The notes below the pieces were generated by a model. The model was not told the DNA's origin, made no database searches, and saw nothing but the letters and a program-made list of their open reading frames with translations. From a virus (Duplodnaviria > Caudoviricetes), in the IMG/VR virus record IMGVR_UViG_3300021124_000001: a stretch of 64,000 nt of DNA. The stretch is one strand, 5' to 3'. This document shows positions 56,289 through 64,000 of this stretch, piece by piece (position 1 is the stretch's first letter; each line of letters starts with the position of its first letter). The translations under genes and the position numbers were made by a program.

Positions 56289-56308
56289 AGGGGCTTCGGC
56301 CCCTCTTT
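56289..56308 (+). terminator. Terminator with cUUCGg loop
   Basis: AGGGGC-TTCG-GCCCCT-CTTT. Confidence 0.75.
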
Positions 56309-56311
56309 AAC

Positions 56312-56698
56312 ATGTTTGATGAATTGAATGAAGACAACTTTGTAATGTATGCGGCCAAAAGCTATACATCACCGAATTGTTTACAATCTGAATTTGAGGG
56401 TGATCTGAAAAGGACAAAGTATCTTAAACGACTCTTGCGTAGATATAAAATCACCAAGAGTCTAAAAGAGAGATTGATTCTGAATCATATCATCCTTCTT
56501 AATAATGTTTTTGGTCCAGAAGCTACTGCCAGAATATTATTTTTTAGAATTGATGAAAAAGATTATGATGTTTTAAAGACATTTTTATTATATCTTAATA
56601 TATTGCCAGAGGTAATCAAAGGTATAAGAGGCAATAATATAAGAACAGATGTTATCCCCGTAGACATGAATGTTGCAGATATACTGAGGAAGATATGA
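56312..56698 (+). CDS. Conserved T4-like hypothetical protein
   Basis: F.EL...NF..YA.K.Y..P, EF..DL.R.KY.KRL, LILNHII.L.NVFG. Confidence 0.75.
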   Translation: MFDELNEDNFVMYAAKSYTSPNCLQSEFEGDLKRTKYLKRLLRRYKITKSLKERLILNHIILLNNVFGPEATARILFFRIDEKDYDVLKTFLLYLNILPEVIKGIRGNNIRTDVIPVDMNVADILRKI

Positions 56699-57627
56699 AA
56701 AGTTTCAAACAAATCAGAGAAGAAGAAAAAAAGAAATCTTTGAGAACCAGTAATCCATGCTGGACTGGATATCATCCTGTTGGTACAAAACAAAAAGGTG
56801 GACGTACAGTTCCGAATTGTGTGCCGGAAGAAGTTGAAGATGTGACGGAAGGTTGGAAAGAAAAAGTTGGCGCGGCCGTATTGGCTGGTGCCATGGCAAC
56901 TGGTGCTGGTGCCAAGACTCCAAAAGTTCCACTACAACATGCAATCGATAATGCAACCATTGTATATAATAACAACAAGTTTATTAAAAAACAAATTAAA
57001 AAATACAAAGAAAAAGAAAAGGCTGCTGATAAACAGGTTAAAGAAGAAAAAGATCCAGAATACTCTGATCCATACATGGCCATCAATCAATTACGTACCA
57101 TCATGCACAATGCACAAGAGATGATGGACTTGATTGGTGACAAAACGGACTTACCTGAATGGGTCGAATCTAAGATTACATTGGCAGAAGACTACATCAT
57201 GACTGTTGCCAATTACATGCGTAGTGAACTTAAAGAAGAACACAATCCAGATGCAATGTTTGACATCGTTGAAGAACTTGTTATGGAAATTGCAGAGACA
57301 CACAACATTGATCCTGAACAAATCTGGGAAGACCTAGAAGACGTTTCAGACGAAGAACTTTATGAGTCTGCCGCATGGCGCCGTAAAGAAGGTAAAGACC
57401 CTAAGGGTGGTTTGAATCGCAAAGGTGTTGCATCATATCGTAGAGAAAATCCAGGTTCAAAATTGAAGATGGCAGTTACAACTCCACCATCAAAACTGAA
57501 AAAAGGTTCTAAGGCCGCTAATCGCCGCAAGTCGTTCTGTGCAAGAATGGGTGGCATGAAAGGTCCTATGAAGAAAGATGGTAAACCAACTCGTAAAGCG
57601 TTGGCACTAAGAAAGTGGAACTGCTAA
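56695..57627 (+). CDS. Modular hypothetical protein with capsid-targeting N-terminus
   Basis: MKSFKQIREE; CW.GY..G...K.G..VPNCV; LPEWVESKIT.A.DY; AW.RKEGK.P.GGLN...SFCARM...RKWNC. Confidence 0.7.
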   Translation: MKSFKQIREEEKKKSLRTSNPCWTGYHPVGTKQKGGRTVPNCVPEEVEDVTEGWKEKVGAAVLAGAMATGAGAKTPKVPLQHAIDNATIVYNNNKFIKKQIKKYKEKEKAADKQVKEEKDPEYSDPYMAINQLRTIMHNAQEMMDLIGDKTDLPEWVESKITLAEDYIMTVANYMRSELKEEHNPDAMFDIVEELVMEIAETHNIDPEQIWEDLEDVSDEELYESAAWRRKEGKDPKGGLNRKGVASYRRENPGSKLKMAVTTPPSKLKKGSKAANRRKSFCARMGGMKGPMKKDGKPTRKALALRKWNC

Positions 57628-57842
57628 TGAAATCGTTCAAAACATTCATCAATGAAGACGGCATGGGTGGAGGTGCTATTGCAGTTCCTGGCCCAACAAA
57701 CACTACAGGTGGTGGCCAAGTTGCAGGTATGGGTCAGCCACCAGGTAGTAAATCAGGTGAACCTGGTGTTTATCTGAAGAAAAAGAAAGCACACAACCCT
57801 ATAATGATGGGAATGGGAAGCAGAAAACCACCAAAGGTGTAA
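57627..57842 (+). CDS. Small protein with capsid-targeting N-terminus
   Basis: MKSFKTFINE; PTN..G, EPGV..KKK. Confidence 0.6.
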   Translation: MKSFKTFINEDGMGGGAIAVPGPTNTTGGGQVAGMGQPPGSKSGEPGVYLKKKKAHNPIMMGMGSRKPPKV

Positions 57843-57843
57843 A

Positions 57844-58272
57844 ATGTGGATTTTAAAATGGTTGCCTGATTGGATTTTTTATGGTCTCTTACTAATAGGA
57901 TTGCTAGGGTATGCAGTAACTTATTTGTTGCGGTTTATACCAATACCAGCAATCTACATATACAAAACTCCAATACAAATAGTCTCGATAGCACTTGTTG
58001 TTATTGGGACTTTTATGTCTGGAGCTATACATGAAGAGGCCGCTTGGCTGGCTAGAGTGAAAGAGATGGAAGAAAAGGTTGCTGAAGTTGAAAAGAAATC
58101 AGAACAAACCAACACCGAAATACAAACAAAAGTTGTAACCAAGACTCAAGTTGTAAAAGAAAAAGGTGAAGAAATAGTTAAGTACGTAGACAGAGAAATT
58201 GTTAAATATGATTCTTCTTGTGTTATTCCTAAAGAGGTAGTAGATACTATAAATAAGGCAGCAGTAAAATGA
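57844..58272 (+). CDS. Putative inner-membrane spanin (Rz-like)
   Basis: N-terminal TMs, coiled coil, C-terminal C.IP; upstream of lipoprotein and endolysin. Confidence 0.65.
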   Translation: MWILKWLPDWIFYGLLLIGLLGYAVTYLLRFIPIPAIYIYKTPIQIVSIALVVIGTFMSGAIHEEAAWLARVKEMEEKVAEVEKKSEQTNTEIQTKVVTKTQVVKEKGEEIVKYVDREIVKYDSSCVIPKEVVDTINKAAVK

Positions 58273-58529
58273 AATATACATTAATTGCTCTTTTACTTTT
58301 GTGTGGTTGCACTACGACTGTTCCTGTTGTTGCTAAGTTTCCAAATGTACCTCCAGAATTGATGGAGAAGTGCCAGGAACTTAAAATTATATCGGAAGAT
58401 GCAAAGCTGAGTGATGTGACTAAAACTGTTGTAATAAACTACACATTATACAATGAGTGTTCTATAAAAATTGATGCTTGGAGTGAATGGTACCAAACAC
58501 AAAAAAAGTTATTTGAAAGTATAGAATAA
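58269..58529 (+). CDS. Putative outer-membrane spanin lipoprotein (Rz1-like)
   Basis: Lipobox LCGC, Pro-rich segment, two further Cys. Confidence 0.7.
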   Translation: MKYTLIALLLLCGCTTTVPVVAKFPNVPPELMEKCQELKIISEDAKLSDVTKTVVINYTLYNECSIKIDAWSEWYQTQKKLFESIE

Positions 58530-59152
58530 TGGAACTAACAGTACAACAATTAAAACAATTACTTCCAAGAAATCCTTATGTGGACCATTGGCATCATGCT
58601 TTGGCTCAATTGTTACCCGACTATGAAATCAATACACCACAACGTATTGCGGCCTTTCTCGCTCAGTGTGCCCATGAATCTGGTGAGTTTACTGCACTTA
58701 AAGAAAACTTAAATTATAAGCCAGCTACGTTGCGAAAGATTTTCTCAAAATACTTTCCTGATGATGCAATAGCAAATGACTATTGCTCACGTCCTAACAA
58801 GCAGGAAGCGATTGCGAACAGAGTTTACGCCAATCGTATGGGTAACGGAGATGAAGCGTCAGGAGATGGTTATCGTTATTGTGGACGTGGTCTAATCCAA
58901 TTGACAGGTAAAGACAATTACACTTGGTTTGCCGCAAGTCTTAATATTACTCCAGATGAAGCATCAGAATATCTACAAACATTCGAAGGTGCTTGCCAAT
59001 CGGCTTGCTGGTTCTGGGAAACCAATAGTTTAAATCAATGGGCCGACAAAGGTGACATCCTTACTATAACTAAGAAGATTAATGGTGGTACTATTGGTTT
59101 AGATGATCGCATCAAGCATTATGAAAATGCTTTACGTATTTTTGGAGCATAA
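58529..59152 (+). CDS. Glycoside hydrolase family 19 endolysin
   Basis: AAFLAQ..HES, ENLNY, GRGLIQLTG..NY, INGG..GL.DR. Confidence 0.92.
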   Translation: MELTVQQLKQLLPRNPYVDHWHHALAQLLPDYEINTPQRIAAFLAQCAHESGEFTALKENLNYKPATLRKIFSKYFPDDAIANDYCSRPNKQEAIANRVYANRMGNGDEASGDGYRYCGRGLIQLTGKDNYTWFAASLNITPDEASEYLQTFEGACQSACWFWETNSLNQWADKGDILTITKKINGGTIGLDDRIKHYENALRIFGA

Positions 59153-59153
59153 A

Positions 59154-59432
59154 ATGCATGATAAAAAATTGTTCATCGGTGCATTAGCGCTTTTAATTGT
59201 CATACCTTGCACTATGGCAATTTTTGGTGGTGATAAGTTTCGTTATCCATGCCAAGATCCTGCAAACTGGGATAAAGACTTCTGTAAACCACCTATCTGT
59301 GATGTAACTAGAACATGTCCAGAACAAATTTTTAAGGGTCAACGTGATCCAAGACTTGGTGCACCAACACCAGAACCAGTGAGTGCACCAATAGCACCTG
59401 GTCCAAAACAAGGAGTGAATTGTGGAAAATAA
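59154..59432 (+). CDS. Membrane-anchored Cys-rich protein in lysis cluster
   Basis: N-terminal TM; FRYPCQDP.NW....C.PP.C....CPE. Confidence 0.6.
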   Translation: MHDKKLFIGALALLIVIPCTMAIFGGDKFRYPCQDPANWDKDFCKPPICDVTRTCPEQIFKGQRDPRLGAPTPEPVSAPIAPGPKQGVNCGK

Positions 59433-59949
59433 TAACAATAATACATTAGTGCACATGATGTATACTGAAGAACAGTTGATGGCTCGACTGAAGTTCTTCA
59501 TTGGTATCTGTTTGGCCTTGACGCTAACAGGTATTGTCTTTGTTGTACTTTACTCTATCATTTTCATCACTCAGCCATTGAATGCTATTAGTCCTATTGA
59601 CCAAAAATTCTTTGAGATGATTATACCTATCGCTACTTTCTTGACTGGTACCTTATCAGGTATTATGTTAGCTGGTGGTGATAAAGATTTACAAGCGAAG
59701 GCACTAGAAGCGGCAAATAGACCAACTCCAATATCGCCACCACCAAATGCCAGCACAACAACCTTCAACTCAACACCTGCATTATCTCCAGCAACAGCAA
59801 CAAGTATGCCGAGTCCTTATGCAGGTTCGCCCTTGACAAGTACTGCAACACCATCATATACTAGCGGTGTTCCGTCTTCAGTGCCAATGGTAACTACCGG
59901 TTTTGGTGGTAAATTGGCTCCACCACCAGCACCACAACCAGAAATCTAA
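59422..59949 (+). CDS. Two-TM membrane protein, holin candidate
   Basis: Two hydrophobic helices, P/T/S-rich tail; in lysis cluster. Confidence 0.5.
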   Translation: MENNNNNTLVHMMYTEEQLMARLKFFIGICLALTLTGIVFVVLYSIIFITQPLNAISPIDQKFFEMIIPIATFLTGTLSGIMLAGGDKDLQAKALEAANRPTPISPPPNASTTTFNSTPALSPATATSMPSPYAGSPLTSTATPSYTSGVPSSVPMVTTGFGGKLAPPPAPQPEI

Positions 59950-59958
59950 GGAACTATC

Positions 59959-60147
59959 ATGTTGAAAAATATCATTCTAGCTTTGTCACTTGCAATCTTC
60001 TCTGTTGGTGTTGTCCACGCAGAAGCAGAAGTTAAAAAAGTTTGTGTCGACCAAAAAGATGCAAAAACCGGCAAAACCAAACAAGTTTGTAAAGATGTGA
60101 AGCAACACAAGAAACTTGAAGGTACCGAAGTCCCAGTTAAAAAATAA
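59959..60147 (+). CDS. Small secreted protein
   Basis: Signal peptide VHA|E; KKVC...QVCK. Confidence 0.6.
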   Translation: MLKNIILALSLAIFSVGVVHAEAEVKKVCVDQKDAKTGKTKQVCKDVKQHKKLEGTEVPVKK

Positions 60148-60557
60148 TGGCTGACGGACTCGAAGTTGACGTTGGGATTCTAAAATCCCAAGTCAGCATG
60201 ATAACTAATCTGTGCAATAAGATGGACCAGGTCATTGAGAAACTGGTGGATCAGCACGACCGCCATATAGCAAAGGTGTATGATGACATGGATAAGCGCA
60301 GATCAGAGACTAACGAAGACATCAAAGAAATCCATCAACGCATAGATGCCGTTTTGGATAAAGTTAAGGGCACCGAAAAGGCCTTACTCGATGAAATGAA
60401 GGGTCTACGCAAAGAAATGCAAGACCACAATGCCAAAGAGAAGGAGTCTTTAGATAAACTTCTCCAATGGAAGTGGATGGTTGCCGGCGGCATACTTGTT
60501 GCATCTTGGTTGATTTCCCATGTAAAACTTGATACACTACTAACCGGCATCAAGTAA
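60147..60557 (+). CDS. Coiled-coil protein with C-terminal TM
   Basis: ..WKWMVAGG..; upstream of primase. Confidence 0.65.
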   Translation: MADGLEVDVGILKSQVSMITNLCNKMDQVIEKLVDQHDRHIAKVYDDMDKRRSETNEDIKEIHQRIDAVLDKVKGTEKALLDEMKGLRKEMQDHNAKEKESLDKLLQWKWMVAGGILVASWLISHVKLDTLLTGIK

Positions 60558-60573
60558 TTTTTTCTTTTATATT

Positions 60574-61575
60574 ATGAGTGTTTTTATTGATCGTACTTTT
60601 CTCCTCCAACTGGCACCAAAATTGCAGAAGTTCTCTAAAAAGAAGGACGATCTCTACAATTTTCGATGCCCTCTGTGTGGAGATTCTCAAAAGAATAAAC
60701 ACAAATGTCGAGGATATATCTTCCGTAAAAAGAATGACTACTTCTACATGTGTCACAACTGTGGTGCATCCACATCTTTCTATAACTTCCTAAAACAAGT
60801 TGATCCAGCTATGTTGCAGGAGTACTCACTAGAACTCTATCGCAATTCAGCCAATACAAATTCACCAGAGCCTGCATTTACAGAGTTCAAAGCACAACCT
60901 GTATTTAAAAAGAAGCCTAATCTTCCTTCTATTGCATCTTTGCCAGAGGAACACTTTGCAAAGCAATATGTAATCGGTCGCCAGATTCCTGAGTCATTCT
61001 ATGACAGCTTATACTATGCAGAAGAATTCAAAGACTTTGTAGATTCTTTCAATGTAGAGAAAGAAATCATGGCTGGTGATAAACGACTTGTTATTCCTTT
61101 TTACGACAAAGATGGAAACATGACAGGGTTTCAGGGTAGAGCATTGGGTGAGTCGAAGATACGGTACATCACAATTAAACTCATGGATGAAGTTCCAAGA
61201 GTCTTTGGCCTAGATCGTGTAGATGAAGAAAAGAAGATATTTGTCTTTGAGGGTCCTATCGATTCTATGTTTGTAGAAAACTCTATTGCGGTCGCCAGCT
61301 CGGCTTTAGATTCGGCCGCCAACTACCTAGATAAATCAAAAATCGTTCTGGTGTTTGATAATGAGCCTAGAAACAAAGAGATTATGAAATTGATGGAGAA
61401 AGCCATCGATAATCATTTCAATGTTGTTATTTGGCCAGAAATGATAGAAGAAAAAGACGTTAATGATATGATTCTTTCAGGATTTGACAAAGAAGAATTA
61501 TATGATATAATGGACAAACACACCTATGTTAATCTCCGTGCAAAAATGGAATTCGTGAATTGGAAAAAAGTATGA
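60574..61575 (+). CDS. gp61: DNA primase
   Basis: NFRCPLCGDS.K, CHNC, FQGR, EGPIDS.F, DNEPRN, KDVND. Confidence 0.95.
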   Translation: MSVFIDRTFLLQLAPKLQKFSKKKDDLYNFRCPLCGDSQKNKHKCRGYIFRKKNDYFYMCHNCGASTSFYNFLKQVDPAMLQEYSLELYRNSANTNSPEPAFTEFKAQPVFKKKPNLPSIASLPEEHFAKQYVIGRQIPESFYDSLYYAEEFKDFVDSFNVEKEIMAGDKRLVIPFYDKDGNMTGFQGRALGESKIRYITIKLMDEVPRVFGLDRVDEEKKIFVFEGPIDSMFVENSIAVASSALDSAANYLDKSKIVLVFDNEPRNKEIMKLMEKAIDNHFNVVIWPEMIEEKDVNDMILSGFDKEELYDIMDKHTYVNLRAKMEFVNWKKV

Positions 61576-62219
61576 ATGTAAAATTAATTAGCTATAGTCA
61601 AGGTTCAGACGGTAAAAACCTATTAGAACAAATCGCATATGCGGCTCGTGTATCTAATCCAGCAAACCAAAACAACTCAGAGACATCCGAAAAGTTGGTG
61701 CGATACTTGATTAAGAATCAGCATTGGTCTCCATTGGAGATGGCCTCCTTGACTTTGGAGATTGAAACCACACGAGACATTGCACGACAAATTCTACGCC
61801 ACCGTTCATTCTCATTCCAGGAGTTTAGCCAACGTTATGCTGATGCATCACAACTCGGCTTTGAAACACGGGAAGCACGATTGCAAGATACCAAAAACCG
61901 TCAAAATAGTATTGCCACTGATAATTTGGCATTACAGACCTGGTGGCAAAATTACCAAAAAGAGGTTATTGAGAAATGCCAAAATGCATACCAATTTGCA
62001 TTAGATAAAGGTATTGCCAAAGAACAGGCTCGTGCAGTTCTTCCAGAGGGCATGACAAAATCTCGTATGTACATGGCTGGAACCCTTCGTTCTTGGGTTC
62101 ACTATATACAACTCAGGTCAGCAAACGGTACTCAAAAAGAGCATCAAGAAATCGCAATTGAATGTGCTAATGTAATAGAATCTGTTTTCCCAATGATTAA
62201 GGAATTTGTAAATGTATAA
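61572..62219 (+). CDS. thyX: Flavin-dependent thymidylate synthase
   Basis: ARVSNP, HWSPLE, QILRHRSFSFQEFSQRY, AKEQAR.VLP, TQKEH. Confidence 0.96.
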   Translation: MNVKLISYSQGSDGKNLLEQIAYAARVSNPANQNNSETSEKLVRYLIKNQHWSPLEMASLTLEIETTRDIARQILRHRSFSFQEFSQRYADASQLGFETREARLQDTKNRQNSIATDNLALQTWWQNYQKEVIEKCQNAYQFALDKGIAKEQARAVLPEGMTKSRMYMAGTLRSWVHYIQLRSANGTQKEHQEIAIECANVIESVFPMIKEFVNV

Positions 62220-62550
62220 TGATGTAGTAAAATTTATTGAAGCGTGTGACCAAGAGAAGACAAGTCAAAACGCAGGTCTTTACACCAAGTTGATTACGGA
62301 AGAGTATGGAGAATTCTTAGATGCAGACTATGATGTAGATGAACTTGATGCTTGTATGGATATGATTTGGGTCATTCTAGGTTATTGTTATATGAGGGGT
62401 TGGAATGTAGAAGGTGCATGGAATGAAGTTGCACGTTCCAACTTGGCCAAAATTAATCCAGAGACAGGCAAAGTGAATAAAAGAGAAGATGGTAAAGTGT
62501 TGAAACCAGAAGGTTGGACACCTCCAGAACTGAAGCAATTTTTAAAATAA
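62212..62550 (+). CDS. All-alpha NTP pyrophosphohydrolase (MazG-like)
   Basis: LI.EE..E, DA..D, EV.RSN..K, REDGKVLKP. Confidence 0.85.
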   Translation: MYNDVVKFIEACDQEKTSQNAGLYTKLITEEYGEFLDADYDVDELDACMDMIWVILGYCYMRGWNVEGAWNEVARSNLAKINPETGKVNKREDGKVLKPEGWTPPELKQFLK

Positions 62551-62564
62551 TAATAAGGAATAAT

Positions 62565-64000
62565 ATGGAATACATGGGCATTAAGATAGACTTAGAACGT
62601 GATAAGCTATTTGATGAGTTGGGTATTAAACGATTAAAAGAATCATACATGCGTGAGGATGAAACTTCACCACAACAAAGGTTTGCATATGTTTCGTCTG
62701 CTTTCGGCTCTAATCCAGAACATTCTCAGCGTCTGTATAATTACGCCTCTAATCATTGGCTTAGCTATAGTACTCCAATTCTTAGCTACGGCCGCAGTAA
62801 GCGTGGTTTACCTATTTCATGCTTTCTTAACTATATTGAAGACACAGCGGAGGGCCTAGTTGATAATCTTTCTGAAACTAATTGGTTGTCTATGTTTGGT
62901 GGTGGTGTTGGCATCGGCTTTGGTATACGTTCGGCGGATGATAAGTCTACTGGTGTTATGCCACACCTCAAGATATACGATGCCTCTAGTCTGGCGTATC
63001 GTCAAGGCAGGACTCGCCGTGGCTCTTATGCTGCCTACCTCGATATTAGTCATCCTGACATTATTCCGTTCCTAGAGATGCGTAAGCCCACAGGCGACCC
63101 AAATGTACGTTGCTTGAATCTACACCACGGCATTAACATCACTGATGACTTCATGGCCATCATTGAAAAGTGTATGTTGGATCCTGAAGCTGATGATTCT
63201 TGGAACCTAGTTGATCCTTACAGTAAAGAGGTTCGTGAAACTGTCTCTGCAAAAAATATATGGCAACAAATTCTTGAATTGCGTATGCATACAGGTGAAC
63301 CATACATTCACTTTATTGATACAAGCAATAGAATGTTACCACAACATCTAAAAGATAAAGGATTGAAAGTACACCAGTCTAATCTGTGTTCTGAGATTAT
63401 ACTACCTACAGATAAAGATCGTACAGCAGTATGTTGCCTATCTTCTTTGAACTTGGAGACTTATGATGATTGGAAAGATAACAAACTTTTTCTTCGGGAC
63501 GTTGCTGAGATGCTTGATAACGTCCTACAGTATTTCATTGATAGTGCTCCTGATAGCGTATCACGAGCAAGATACTCAGCTTCTATGGAACGGTCTATTG
63601 GTATTGGTGCCCTCGGTTTTCATGCATATCTACAAAAGAACGGAATTGCATTCGAGGGTGTAATGGCCAAGGTTGCTAACAACAAGATGTTTAAATTTAT
63701 CAGGGAGGGTTTAGATGAAGCGAATCTTCAATTGGGTAAAGAAAGAGGGGAGGCTCCTGATGCTGTCGGCACTGGCAAGCGTTTTAGTCATATTATGGCT
63801 ATTGCTCCAAATGCTTCTTCGTCTATCATCTTGGGAAATACTAGCCCTAGTGTCGAGCCTTATCGTGCTAATGCTTACCGTCAGGACACTCTATCGGGAG
63901 CATATCTAAACAAGAATCGTTGGTTGGATAAACTAATTAAACAAAAACTTAATTTACCTGAAGGCCTGCATTCTGGCACATATGCTGACACCTGGTCTAG
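62565..64000 (+). CDS. nrdA: Ribonucleotide reductase class I alpha subunit (3' truncated; no N-terminal ATP cone)
   Basis: STPILS, LPISCF, GGGVG, QG.TRRGS, SNLCSEI, AVCCLSS, RSIGIG..G, AIAPNASSS. Confidence 0.95.
   Translation, partial: MEYMGIKIDLERDKLFDELGIKRLKESYMREDETSPQQRFAYVSSAFGSNPEHSQRLYNYASNHWLSYSTPILSYGRSKRGLPISCFLNYIEDTAEGLVDNLSETNWLSMFGGGVGIGFGIRSADDKSTGVMPHLKIYDASSLAYRQGRTRRGSYAAYLDISHPDIIPFLEMRKPTGDPNVRCLNLHHGINITDDFMAIIEKCMLDPEADDSWNLVDPYSKEVRETVSAKNIWQQILELRMHTGEPYIHFIDTSNRMLPQHLKDKGLKVHQSNLCSEIILPTDKDRTAVCCLSSLNLETYDDWKDNKLFLRDVAEMLDNVLQYFIDSAPDSVSRARYSASMERSIGIGALGFHAYLQKNGIAFEGVMAKVANNKMFKFIREGLDEANLQLGKERGEAPDAVGTGKRFSHIMAIAPNASSSIILGNTSPSVEPYRANAYRQDTLSGAYLNKNRWLDKLIKQKLNLPEGLHSGTYADTWS

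Noticed and set aside
62653-63909. Short ORFs listed at the window end
   Set aside because: They are alternate frames of nrdA, which starts at 62565 and runs off the window.

Overview
A 64-kb segment of a large lytic T4-like myophage, AT-rich and almost all on the + strand. In order it carries: (i) the T4 core morphogenesis block (gp17 C-terminus, gp18, gp19, gp20, gp21, gp22, gp23, gp3); (ii) recombination, transcription and replication genes (uvsY, uvsW, gp55, gp47 with a +1 frameshift, gp46, def, gp45, dsbA-like, gp44, gp62, regA, hsp20); (iii) an ~8.6-kb RNA island with 28 tRNA genes covering all 20 amino acids, many non-tRNA structured RNAs and an HNH endonuclease; (iv) a minus-strand cluster of secreted/pilin-like genes; (v) gp43, uvsX, gp41; (vi) a glycosyltransferase/methyltransferase cluster; (vii) proteins with T4-type capsid-targeting N-termini; (viii) lysis genes; (ix) gp61, thyX, an NTP-PPase and a partial nrdA. 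The most striking element is a candidate tRNA-pool-sensing attenuator ahead of the main tRNA array. It is a 38-codon leader ORF using all 20 amino acids, coupled to mutually exclusive antiterminator/terminator hairpins. It is followed by two rRNA-operon-like promoters with boxB/boxA and a family of long-stem RNA cassettes with variable cargo. All calls come from reading motifs by eye; no searches or folding programs were run.
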